This document shows, one piece after another, positions 29,420-38,961 of a DNA stretch of 64,000 nucleotides. The notes under the pieces are model-generated. The model had not been told where the DNA came from, made no database searches, and saw only the letters and a list, made by a program, of their open reading frames with translations. Source of the DNA: Candidatus Omnitrophota bacterium (lineage in GTDB: Bacteria > Omnitrophota > Gorgyraeia > JABMRN01 > RBG-13-46-9); NCBI GenBank assembly GCA_016782425.1, contig JADHYN010000001.1, positions 655 to 64,654 of the forward strand. The letters run 5' to 3'. Numbering within the stretch: the stretch's first letter is position 1; every line of letters begins with the position of its first letter. A program made the position numbers and the translations under genes.

Positions 29420-30949
29420 TCATATCTCCCTTTTCGAAAAATCACCGCTTTTAAGCACCCGTCTGACGGCGTTAACCGCTTTGTAGAGCAAAAAACGGTC
29501 CTCTTGCGGCAGCAACAACAAAAAACCAGCAATAAAAACAAAGTTAACGTACGCAAGTTTTAAAAACCAGCAGGCGGTAATATTTCTGATAAGCGCAAAA
29601 GTCACCAGAGCTGCGCACAAAGGAATTATTAATCTGCTATAATCCATGTTCCAGGGATGTATCTTTAAAAGGCTGTATACTTCGATTAAGCCCAACAAGG
29701 CACACAAACTAAGTGAAATGCCCGTGGCAAAGGCCGCTCCTAATATTCCAAAAATAGGAATCAGCAACGCATTTAAAATTATATTCAAGACGGCCATTAT
29801 CGCGTTATTTATAAGAATTAAATTCGGGTGTCCGGACATTTGCAGCATGAAAGGCACCGGCCCCAAACTGGCTTTTAATAAATAAAAAAAGGAAAGCACA
29901 ACAAGCACGCTTGACCCCGTTTCAAAACTTTTACCGAATAAGCCCAATAGGTTTTTAGAAAAAAATACAATAGGTAAAAAACATAAAATGCTTATAATAA
30001 GATTCCATCTTGTCGTTGTTTTAAACAAGAGCTCCGTGTTTTTTAGTTTATTCCTATTGAACAAATCCGCGATTATAGGCGCGAAGGTTTCGTTCAAAGG
30101 CGTAATTAGTAAAGTTATGGAGGCCGCTATGATAGTCGCCATGCTATATATGCCTACGTCGTCCATGTTCAAGAAAAATCCCAGCATAAAAATATCTGTT
30201 TTTGCCAAAAGAAAAAATGAGACAGTAGCGAAGAACATCGGTAAAGAAAACTTGATCAATCCGAGCGGCTCATACACGGCTTTGGTTTTTGATAAAAAAT
30301 GCGGGAAATCTTTTTTCAGATAATACAAGCTTATAATCGATGCGGCAAAGCATGAAATTACAAAGCTCCATATAGCGCCATAAAGTCGGTAGCCTATCAA
30401 GAATACAGTCGTTAAAAGGATTAAATTTATGACCGTGCGGATTAAAAGTATATAAATGTAGCGTTTCATGCTTAGAACGGCACGTATATTATTCGCCGCT
30501 ATCGTAAAAAACACAAAAAACGGCAGCGATATTGAGAAAATCCTCATTACGCCAATAAGCGCGCTTTCATGAAATATATTAATTGCGATAAAAGGAGAAT
30601 AAATATACAGTATTGACGAAATAGCTACCGAACATACCGACGAAAGAACTATTGATATGATCAATATGCCCTTTTCCCGCCCTTTGTCATCCACGCCTCT
30701 ATGTGAAGATATGAATTTGACAATTCCCTGCGATAGTCCCAATAAAGCAATGGTATGCAAAAAAGAAATGACGGTTGACCCCATCGCGTAAAGTCCGTAG
30801 GCTGGCACCCCTAGGGTGCGCGCAAGAAACGCATGCTGCACGAAGTGTAGAAAAGTATTTGCGAGCTTTCCTATGAATATAGTCGTTCCGCCCTTGGCTA
30901 ATTTTTTTATGTACTTTTCGCTGCTTTCCTGATGATTTATTTTATCCAA
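29420..30949 (-). CDS. Wzx-type flippase
   Basis: 509 aa multi-TM MOP-family pattern; TDIFMLG, VGIYS, LNALLIP..GILGAA. Confidence 0.88.
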   Translation of the reverse strand: MDKINHQESSEKYIKKLAKGGTTIFIGKLANTFLHFVQHAFLARTLGVPAYGLYAMGSTVISFLHTIALLGLSQGIVKFISSHRGVDDKGREKGILIISIVLSSVCSVAISSILYIYSPFIAINIFHESALIGVMRIFSISLPFFVFFTIAANNIRAVLSMKRYIYILLIRTVINLILLTTVFLIGYRLYGAIWSFVISCFAASIISLYYLKKDFPHFLSKTKAVYEPLGLIKFSLPMFFATVSFFLLAKTDIFMLGFFLNMDDVGIYSMATIIAASITLLITPLNETFAPIIADLFNRNKLKNTELLFKTTTRWNLIISILCFLPIVFFSKNLLGLFGKSFETGSSVLVVLSFFYLLKASLGPVPFMLQMSGHPNLILINNAIMAVLNIILNALLIPIFGILGAAFATGISLSLCALLGLIEVYSLLKIHPWNMDYSRLIIPLCAALVTFALIRNITACWFLKLAYVNFVFIAGFLLLLPQEDRFLLYKAVNAVRRVLKSGDFSKREI

Positions 30950-32120
30950 AATTTTTCCTCTCAGGTTTTTGCGTCTTTACGGCTGCAAAATACGATCTTT
31001 CCACGGCCTCAATGTATACGCTTGAGATGATTATGACCAAAGGAACCGCGATCAGCCTATAGCGCCAATGAGGCTCCGGCGCAAGTGAAAACAAGAGCCA
31101 GTTGGCACAAAGTGAGAATAATAAAAAATTTAATGCTGTATTTTTTACTTTCTTGTATATGAAAAACGTGCCTAAGAAAAAGAAAGAGAAAAGAAACATA
31201 TTGAAAGGCAAAACTAAGCATAACGCAAGGAGGCTGTTCGCGTCGGTTGGTATTGGTATCCAAAAAGCTGTCAGTTTTTTTAAGTACTCGGGAATTGAGG
31301 CGGCTACATCACTTGCGCTCAAAGACGTTAAAACATCGATAACACCGTGGCTTTTTAGGCCGGCGGTTTTTACAGAGCTTAAAAAAGTTATTTTATATGA
31401 AGCTTCAGAGGCTAAAATCTTTCGCAGCACAGCGTGTTCAGAAAAGTATGATAAACCTATAAGTGAAAAAATCAAAATAGAGATAAACAAAAATTTAGTC
31501 TTTATAACCTTGAAAAGAACAAAAATAAGCATAGCCAGACAAATAATTACTAGCTGTAATTTTAACGTTACTAGGGCTATTAACAAAATTAGGCTCATTA
31601 AAAAATATGAAAACGCCCGTGTTTTTCGCAGTTCCAGCAGGGCATAAGTAAACAGGATAAAAAGAAAAGCAAGCATGCTATCTTTTAAAATAAAAATTGA
31701 AAACCATGCCAATGAGGGTGATAAGGCCAAAAGAACTAACGCCCACACGGCGGCTTTCCTACTAAAGAACTCCTTTGCTATCCTAAAACCAACTATTGGC
31801 ACAAGAGAACTGATAACAATGTTTATGCCTTTTATGAAGAGTGGCGATGGTCCGAATAACCTGTAAACAAAACCGACAAACACGTGCCATCCGTAAATAT
31901 ATTTTATCGATTTGACATACGCGATAAACTCCTGCCAACTGCCGCTCATAGCGGTCCCTATATAATGATATTTATATTCATCCGGAAAGGATAAGAGAAG
32001 TTCGCTGTCAGTAGGCGGAAAAAATTTCATTTTTACAAAGTAGAGCAACAAACGGTAGAATATACCGAATAAAAAAACGCCTATTAAAAGCTTGGTTTTT
32101 GTTACTTTATGTCTATCCAT
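30942..32120 (-). CDS. GT-C membrane glycosyltransferase or Wzy-like polymerase
   Basis: Multi-TM; PDE in first loop, LKD, C-terminal RYR. Confidence 0.6.
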   Translation of the reverse strand: MDRHKVTKTKLLIGVFLFGIFYRLLLYFVKMKFFPPTDSELLLSFPDEYKYHYIGTAMSGSWQEFIAYVKSIKYIYGWHVFVGFVYRLFGPSPLFIKGINIVISSLVPIVGFRIAKEFFSRKAAVWALVLLALSPSLAWFSIFILKDSMLAFLFILFTYALLELRKTRAFSYFLMSLILLIALVTLKLQLVIICLAMLIFVLFKVIKTKFLFISILIFSLIGLSYFSEHAVLRKILASEASYKITFLSSVKTAGLKSHGVIDVLTSLSASDVAASIPEYLKKLTAFWIPIPTDANSLLALCLVLPFNMFLFSFFFLGTFFIYKKVKNTALNFLLFSLCANWLLFSLAPEPHWRYRLIAVPLVIIISSVYIEAVERSYFAAVKTQKPERKNFG

Positions 32121-33262
32121 CCCAGGTCCACGCTATTTTTATTCGTTAAAACATCCTTCAGGCGCTCCTGCGGATACCCCTTGCCGGCGGGATATTTCAG
32201 GAAAAATTTAATATTGTATTTACCCGGCGCTATCTTTGGAGTATATTCATGAACGTATACCTCACCGATTTGCCAATAAGAGGTATTTTTCTGCATTTCT
32301 TTGGCTGAATACATGGCACCATAGGGCCTGCGTTCTTGAGGCAGGCATTCCGCGTTTTCCGGCTCAAAACGAATCACGCATAAATAATCCTTGTTCATTA
32401 AGTCCAGGGATTTAAACCAAAATTTCAATTCAATCCTTTCTTTGTCAATTCTTTCTACGCCATACCCTAGAAATTGTATCTTGTTTAAAAAATTCGCGCG
32501 CGCTTCGTTTGCAGGTGAAAGTTTTTTGATTTCTGAGGTTGTTCTATGCGCACTTACACCATTAACATTATTAGCGCTAATGCGAACAAGGTTTTTTAAC
32601 GCTTCTATGTGCGCTGGTAATAAATCCACTGTTTTTTCATATTCCATACGCGCCATGTCTAATGAACCCTGTTTTTCATATATGTATCCCAATAAATAAT
32701 GAGCCTCGGCGAAGCTGCCGTTTTCGCTAAGGCTTGTCTTAAAGGCCTTTTTAGCTTTTTCGAGCATATCGCTATGTAAATAGCTTAATCCCAGTTTATA
32801 CTGCCCGTAAGAGTTTTTCGTAAAATGTATCGGTAAATCACGGCTGTTTATTTTTTCATACTTGGTTATCACGCCTACGGCTTCTTCAGTGCGGCCAGCA
32901 CCCTGATAAACGTTGTAAAGGCGTACATAATTACTAGTTATCTCGGGCCTGAGATCGATTAATTCTATTAAATATTTTTCTTCGTTTAAAATATCATTTT
33001 CGCGCTTATAATAATCCACCAACTCGGAAATCACGAAGTAATCACAGTATGAGCTTGCAACAAAAAAATCCTGCAACTTTTTTTTTCTTAACATTTGTTT
33101 TTTTCGATAAAAATTTTTATAGATGTCCACGGCCAGAGGCTCAAGGTCCTGGTTAAAACAATGCCGCGCCATTCCCAGCCTTATGAAATCCTGGCCATGC
33201 ATCCAGACCAGAGATAAAAGGCCCCCAATGAGAATAACTATCGCGAGTTTGTATTTTTTCAT
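32102..33262 (-). CDS. Membrane-anchored TPR protein
   Basis: N-terminal TM; TPR pattern AEAHYLLGYIYEKQG. Confidence 0.75.
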   Translation of the reverse strand: MKKYKLAIVILIGGLLSLVWMHGQDFIRLGMARHCFNQDLEPLAVDIYKNFYRKKQMLRKKKLQDFFVASSYCDYFVISELVDYYKRENDILNEEKYLIELIDLRPEITSNYVRLYNVYQGAGRTEEAVGVITKYEKINSRDLPIHFTKNSYGQYKLGLSYLHSDMLEKAKKAFKTSLSENGSFAEAHYLLGYIYEKQGSLDMARMEYEKTVDLLPAHIEALKNLVRISANNVNGVSAHRTTSEIKKLSPANEARANFLNKIQFLGYGVERIDKERIELKFWFKSLDLMNKDYLCVIRFEPENAECLPQERRPYGAMYSAKEMQKNTSYWQIGEVYVHEYTPKIAPGKYNIKFFLKYPAGKGYPQERLKDVLTNKNSVDLGWIDIK

Positions 33263-34407
33263 TAAAAATGCAGCATTGAGTTATTTTTCAGATATTCATA
33301 CAACATAGACGCCGCCAGATAGTGCCCGTATTCGTTCCAGTGGGCTTCATGCTGAAAATATGCCGATCTCTTTGTATTGGTAAAATCAGCCTGAAAACTT
33401 TCAAGCATTGAAACGTTTAATATAGAATTCTGATCACAGAATTTATTTATCGCCGTGTAGGGATAACAGAAATCATAATCCTCCTCAGCCATAGAGCGGT
33501 AGCGTTGATAATACAGACCTGTATTCATTTCTGCCAGGGGTTTCATAGGCAGTGAAACACACAAAAATTGTATGGCGTTTCCGCGGCACACACTATCAAG
33601 CTCCTTAAGACAGGCCAACGTAACGTAAACGGCTTTCATCCAAACCATATTTTTTTTAACTAAAAATATCCCAAAATATTTCGGTATTTTATTAACATCT
33701 TTAACTCTGCGTGCCAACCGCGATATATTCTGCCGCAAAAAACAAAGGAGCTGCGACTTTTTATATACTCTGTAGAGAAATGTGCCCTTGCCTTTGTCCG
33801 TCCCGGAGGGTACGGCCGCCAGTTTGCCATATTTGTCAATCGTATAATACGGCAAAAATTCATCTTTTGTTAACTGTTTACAGCTATTGAAAAAATCATT
33901 CGCGGGATACAGGCACAGGATGACTAAGTCGGGTTTGTATTTAAGTCCGACTTCTTTAAAGTACTTTAATTGCTGAGCCGTGCCCCATCCTGACCTGGCA
34001 AGCGCAATGACTTCGTAGCTGCCGTTTGCGCTGTTGCGTTTTGAGTTTAATTGCCCTGAAAGCACGCTGGCGACGAGATTATCTTTATTGACCTGCAGCC
34101 CCTCTATCATTGAGTCGCCCAAAATAAGTATACGGAAAACATTTTTTTCTTTCTCGTAACCGTGCTCATAATCATGCTGCCCATGAGTATTTATAAAAAC
34201 TATATTATTGAATTCTTTTCCGGCAAATCTTGCACGTTGACAGGGCTTTAAAAGAGCGCCCATGGCACTGTTGGGCACCCATGCAACGGTGGATACCCTT
34301 ACATGCGGCAATACCCTTATACAGATTTCACCAATAATGAATGCGCATATAAGCCCAAGGAAGAAACGGGTAATGACGCTTCTGTTTTTAATATACTTTC
34401 CACTCAT
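33262..34407 (-). CDS. SGNH/GDSL hydrolase family protein (AlgJ/AlgX-like O-acyl modifier)
   Basis: TM anchor, ILILGDS, YPAND, HWNEYGH; start placed at MSGKY. Confidence 0.8.
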   Translation of the reverse strand: MSGKYIKNRSVITRFFLGLICAFIIGEICIRVLPHVRVSTVAWVPNSAMGALLKPCQRARFAGKEFNNIVFINTHGQHDYEHGYEKEKNVFRILILGDSMIEGLQVNKDNLVASVLSGQLNSKRNSANGSYEVIALARSGWGTAQQLKYFKEVGLKYKPDLVILCLYPANDFFNSCKQLTKDEFLPYYTIDKYGKLAAVPSGTDKGKGTFLYRVYKKSQLLCFLRQNISRLARRVKDVNKIPKYFGIFLVKKNMVWMKAVYVTLACLKELDSVCRGNAIQFLCVSLPMKPLAEMNTGLYYQRYRSMAEEDYDFCYPYTAINKFCDQNSILNVSMLESFQADFTNTKRSAYFQHEAHWNEYGHYLAASMLYEYLKNNSMLHF

Positions 34408-36280
34408 AAACTTTTTGATAATTTCGCCAAAACTCTCTTTTCCGCCCTTCTTCAATAATAGAAAAGAATTTTTTTATTTCCGAATCGGGCCAGCCGAGAA
34501 TTACCTCAAAATTCTCTTTCTGCAAATCGTATTTTCTTTTCGAATTCAAATAAAGCTGGCGGAAATATTTATAAACTCCATATTCAAACCCGATTAAATT
34601 CCCACCTATTGGGGTAACTGGATATTTTGTTGCCTTATATATTTTTATTTCCCCTTTTGAAAAAGATTTTAGTAAAGAAAATTTAGGGTTATTTTCGACG
34701 TATAAATTCAAAAAATTCCGCTTTTGGGTAACTACTAAATATCCGATGCGGCCGTCATTTATTTGCTTCAGGAGATCGCTTTCAAACTGCCCTTCAAGCC
34801 ACTCCCTGCTTGGCCAAATAAAAAGTGGCTCCTCATAACGCCTTTCGTATTTATTTTTGAATTCTGATATCTCGACATTTTTTATTTCAAGCAATTCGTA
34901 CTTGCCTTGCGTGAAGAAATATATGGCGTTTAGCGCGTATTTCTGGCACAAAATTGCGGTTCCAGGAACGATATTTTCTTCAATCCACTCCGAAGACTCT
35001 CGCACGGTTTTACTTGTCCACCCGTCTAATTTAAAATCACTTTTCCAGAACGAAAACTCATATACACCTCTCACCTTTACGCCAAATATCAGGCTCAAAA
35101 AATTCTTTTTGGCGGTTGCCCCGACAAATACCTGCATTAAAACACACGCCAAAACTAAAAAAAACACGCTTATGTTCAAAATTCGATTTTTTGCTTTTAA
35201 AAATTCTGTCGGAAAATTAATTAAAAAATTAGCGATCGCTAGATAAAACAAAAAATAAAGCGTAAGAAATTGGCCCAAACGCGAATTCGCTTTGGCGGTT
35301 ATGTAAACTACCGGTAAAAACAATATGACCGCCATCAGAAAAATCCTGTCTGAAAGTTTTTTTCTAAAAACAGCTCCGAAAAAGCTGTAGGCAATTCCAA
35401 AAAAAACCAAAGGCCATATCGCAAGCTGCCTGATAATATACCGGTTAATAAAATTGCTGGCTATTCTCAGCTGTTCCGCAAGAATGCCTCCCGTCGACCA
35501 GGTTAATCGGTTCGGCGTTATTATTCCAAATTTTTTAATTTCGTTTAAATTCACGAGCGGCCCTACCAATATTTCCAGACTTTCTTTTCCGGCAAAAACC
35601 TTATAGAGCCAGGGAGAAAGCAGGACAGCTGAAAACATGAAAAATAGCGCAGTGCCTTTTGCGGTTTTGACGCTTCTGTAACTTTTAAAGCACAGGAGAC
35701 AAACCGGAAGCGGGATAAACATAACTGCTATCACCCCTTTTAAAAGTATTGCCAGTGACAGCGCGAGCCCCGCAAGTGCAAAATATATGTAATTTTTATT
35801 TTTAAACGCTAGATAAATCAAAAAAATGTAACCCAGAATAAAGAACGGCACGATATTATCCAGCAACAGATATGACGCGCATCTGTTGACAACGAATGAA
35901 GTAAACACCAAAAGGCTGCAGGTCAAACCGGTTGCTTTATTGAACATTTTCGACCCGAGAAAATAAATAAGCATTATATTGAGCACATAAAATAGCCGAA
36001 CCACGTAAAAGGCGCTTTTTACGCTATAGCCGAATATACTGAAAGAGGCGGTCATCATAAGGGGAAAAAGCGGTCTGTAAGTGATTATTTTTTCCATGCT
36101 AAATTGCTTATACATAGCCGCTGCATTGCTTAGATACCAGCATGAATCGGGCGAAGGGTTAACGCCCTTTAGAGGAAAAAAAATCATTGCAAGAGCGAAG
36201 AGAACCAACGGTATAAAATAAGGCGATTTTGCCAAATTTCTAAAGCGCGACGATATCTTAAAAAAATTCATAGCAATCAA
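34388..36280 (-). CDS. GT-C (PMT_2/ArnT-like) membrane glycosyltransferase
   Basis: SPDSCWY, RPLFP, ~12 TM, soluble C-terminal domain. Confidence 0.75.
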   Translation of the reverse strand: MIAMNFFKISSRFRNLAKSPYFIPLVLFALAMIFFPLKGVNPSPDSCWYLSNAAAMYKQFSMEKIITYRPLFPLMMTASFSIFGYSVKSAFYVVRLFYVLNIMLIYFLGSKMFNKATGLTCSLLVFTSFVVNRCASYLLLDNIVPFFILGYIFLIYLAFKNKNYIYFALAGLALSLAILLKGVIAVMFIPLPVCLLCFKSYRSVKTAKGTALFFMFSAVLLSPWLYKVFAGKESLEILVGPLVNLNEIKKFGIITPNRLTWSTGGILAEQLRIASNFINRYIIRQLAIWPLVFFGIAYSFFGAVFRKKLSDRIFLMAVILFLPVVYITAKANSRLGQFLTLYFLFYLAIANFLINFPTEFLKAKNRILNISVFFLVLACVLMQVFVGATAKKNFLSLIFGVKVRGVYEFSFWKSDFKLDGWTSKTVRESSEWIEENIVPGTAILCQKYALNAIYFFTQGKYELLEIKNVEISEFKNKYERRYEEPLFIWPSREWLEGQFESDLLKQINDGRIGYLVVTQKRNFLNLYVENNPKFSLLKSFSKGEIKIYKATKYPVTPIGGNLIGFEYGVYKYFRQLYLNSKRKYDLQKENFEVILGWPDSEIKKFFSIIEEGRKREFWRNYQKVYEWKVY

Positions 36281-36292
36281 AGGGTTGTGTTG

Positions 36293-36979
36293 TCACTGCT
36301 TTGATTGCACGCAGCACAACACATTGCAATTAAACCCAAATAAAGAAGCAAGCGCAGTTTTATCCAGCTTTCGCAGTATTGGCAACATAAAGCGCGGTGT
36401 TGCATTTGGCAGGAGTAGCGAATCTACATACGCATTTAAGATTGTCAAATTATTTTCCTTAAAAATTTGCCTTAAATATCTAAGATCAAAATCCAGTAAT
36501 CTTCGTTCTTCCGGGTGGAATAGCGCAAAAATTACATTAGCAAGATTATTTCCGTTTGGTTCCGTAATAAAAATATATTTTCGCGCCACCCTGCGCATCT
36601 CTTTTAAAGCCGCTGATTGTTTATCGAAACTCAGATGGTGAAACAGCATGCTGCATGTAACTAGATCAAAATATTTATTTTCAAAAGGCATTGCCGCTAT
36701 GTCCGCCGCTACTTTTCCAGCATTGGGGTTTACGCGCAGCATTTTGCTTGAAAAATCAACGCCCATGCAATTTATCTGGAAAGCTTCCGACAGAAATGTT
36801 TGAAAAAACCCGTTTCCGCACCCGCAATCCAGAATTGAGGTTACTTTTGTCGGAATTAAATTTTTTAGTTTTTCAGCCTGGCGTTTATAAAGGCAGACAA
36901 CCACCGGATGCGTCACGTCTCTACGATTCGATTTATCGCGGTGCCAAAATTTCTTTTGCAAGATATCGTAGGAATTCAT
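36293..36979 (-). CDS. Class I SAM-dependent methyltransferase
   Basis: ILDCGCGNG, GVDFS, FHHL, EPN. Confidence 0.88.
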   Translation of the reverse strand: MNSYDILQKKFWHRDKSNRRDVTHPVVVCLYKRQAEKLKNLIPTKVTSILDCGCGNGFFQTFLSEAFQINCMGVDFSSKMLRVNPNAGKVAADIAAMPFENKYFDLVTCSMLFHHLSFDKQSAALKEMRRVARKYIFITEPNGNNLANVIFALFHPEERRLLDFDLRYLRQIFKENNLTILNAYVDSLLLPNATPRFMLPILRKLDKTALASLFGFNCNVLCCVQSKQ

Positions 36980-38076
36980 GAATCCTTTTTATTGTGCAAT
37001 TCAGCAATTTCGTTTATTCTCTTCATGGTGCTGTCGTAATCGAGTCCTACGAATTCCAGGTATCTTTTGATTGCCTCATATCGCGGTTTATTCTCCTCTT
37101 TAACAATTTCCAATGCCGCACCTCTCAATAAAATACCATTCCTTATTTGATTACTTCTGAAAGTATCATTTTCCGTAAAACCCACCATTTTATAATACAA
37201 ATAATTGTAAAACGGAGCGGTACCATCGTCTATCCTCCATGTAAGAACTGTATCCTTTGGCGATTCCCAATTAAGTTCTCTGCGTATAGTAGCCAGGATC
37301 TCATTTTCATTCCATGGAACATATTGAAAAAATTTAATCCAGTTTGAATTTTTTGCCTCATACGCCAAGATATATTGCACAAAGTATGCGTTTAGAAGCC
37401 GCATAATTGAACTGTTGATATATCCCGGATTTCGTAAATATTCAATCATATAGCGCAACATTAATTTAGTATGCCCTCTCGCTGACAGCTCGTTTGACTC
37501 GGCGTCTTCATTGACCCCAAAAAAAGACATTTTAAATCTGGTTCTCTCGAAAGAATTACCGTTGCCGGTCACGACAAGCGAAATGCCTTTCTGCTTTGCC
37601 AGTTTAGATATGTGATACTCCATAGTTTTATCGCCTTCTGTAAAAAGCGGTATCATCCCCATGTGAGGCTTTTTTAACCATGCGGTTATGTTTTGCTTTA
37701 TATTACGCCTGATTCTGTCCTTATCCGCTTCAATAATTATATGTTCTATGTCTAGCTTTTCTTTTGTTAGTTTCCAATTTATTCGCGCTTCAGGAGTCAT
37801 TAGCCCCCAGTCATACGTAACGGCTAAAGGGTGCATATTAAACTGTTTCATTAAAAGATAAAGCGCAAAGCAGCTGTCGCGGCCTCCGCTGAAGGTTACT
37901 ACGCAATCGACCGTATTGTCCTTTGAGCGGTATTGCGATAAAATGTCTTCCAGAACATGAAGCGCGGGCTTCTTTCCTATCGGGATATGGCTCTTGCAAT
38001 AATTGCAGACTCCTTTGTCATCAAAGGTAACCATTGGAAATGTTTCAGGTAAAATACATTTCGTACAACGCCTCAT
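36976..38076 (-). CDS. N-acetyl sugar amidotransferase-like PP-loop ATPase (WbpG-like)
   Basis: Start MRRCTKCILP; CNYC; FSGGRDS PP-loop. Confidence 0.8.
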   Translation of the reverse strand: MRRCTKCILPETFPMVTFDDKGVCNYCKSHIPIGKKPALHVLEDILSQYRSKDNTVDCVVTFSGGRDSCFALYLLMKQFNMHPLAVTYDWGLMTPEARINWKLTKEKLDIEHIIIEADKDRIRRNIKQNITAWLKKPHMGMIPLFTEGDKTMEYHISKLAKQKGISLVVTGNGNSFERTRFKMSFFGVNEDAESNELSARGHTKLMLRYMIEYLRNPGYINSSIMRLLNAYFVQYILAYEAKNSNWIKFFQYVPWNENEILATIRRELNWESPKDTVLTWRIDDGTAPFYNYLYYKMVGFTENDTFRSNQIRNGILLRGAALEIVKEENKPRYEAIKRYLEFVGLDYDSTMKRINEIAELHNKKDS

Positions 38077-38105
38077 CCGTCCAACCTCTTGGTGCTTTAT
38101 GGGAT

Positions 38106-38957
38106 TTATTTTTTTGCCGCGCAAAATTGTATATCCCCTGTAGGAACATAAATAATCGATTTTGAAAAACGGCTTTTTATTATCCAATTCACAAGGTTCC
38201 CGGGAAACAAAAAAGGGGCGATTCTGGCGGCTTTATTTATTAAAAAACCTATATTTATCCATGCCCCTTTTGTCGTCCACCCTATTGTTTTTAACCCGCT
38301 TCTTTTGTGCAGTAGATCAATGGTGTTTCGATTAAAAAAACATAAATGCTCAGGAACGGTCATAAATGCCCAGTATTTCCTCATAAGACGTGCCACAGGC
38401 GCACCCGCATTAGGTGTACTAAATGTCAAAATGCCGCCTTTTTTTAAGAAGCGTGACAATTTTAAAAAAACATTTACCGGATCCCGTAGATGCTCAAGCA
38501 CATCCCACAGTGTAATAACGTCAAAAAAATCATCGGGGAAATCGCTTTCCTCGATCATGCGACAAATTATGCGTTCGGATAGTTCTGGATTTCGTTGTTT
38601 GGCCAATGTTGTCGCGTCTTCGGAAATATCTATGCCCCACATATCAAAATAAAGTTTGGCATGACTTATAAAATCGCCTGTCGCGCATCCAACGTCCAGT
38701 ATTTTTGCTTGATCGCATGCTCCGTTTTTGCGAAGCCAGTGGATTCTGCGGTAGCAGGTGTTTTTTATAGCTTTATCATTTATGTATTTGCCGCGAGTGA
38801 AATATTTCTTGGAATACAAGGTATAAAGATCTTTCTTTGTTTGCTCATCAAGAACTAACATAAATCCGCAATCATGGCAATGCGCAATTCTGTAAGCAGC
38901 AAATTTATAGAGCAGTGAAAGATTACGTGAACCGCAAAGGCGGCATTTTTCATGCAT
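38106..38957 (-). CDS. Class I SAM-dependent methyltransferase with N-terminal zinc ribbon
   Basis: CRLC...CHDC, LDVGCATG, DVLEHL, PEHL. Confidence 0.88.
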   Translation of the reverse strand: MHEKCRLCGSRNLSLLYKFAAYRIAHCHDCGFMLVLDEQTKKDLYTLYSKKYFTRGKYINDKAIKNTCYRRIHWLRKNGACDQAKILDVGCATGDFISHAKLYFDMWGIDISEDATTLAKQRNPELSERIICRMIEESDFPDDFFDVITLWDVLEHLRDPVNVFLKLSRFLKKGGILTFSTPNAGAPVARLMRKYWAFMTVPEHLCFFNRNTIDLLHKRSGLKTIGWTTKGAWINIGFLINKAARIAPFLFPGNLVNWIIKSRFSKSIIYVPTGDIQFCAAKK

Positions 38958-38961
38958 TGCT

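Noticed and set aside
29416-29556. Cys-rich N-terminal extension (CCCCRK) on the AlkP ORF
   Set aside because: Overlaps the flippase 3' end in another frame; the true start is most likely 29415
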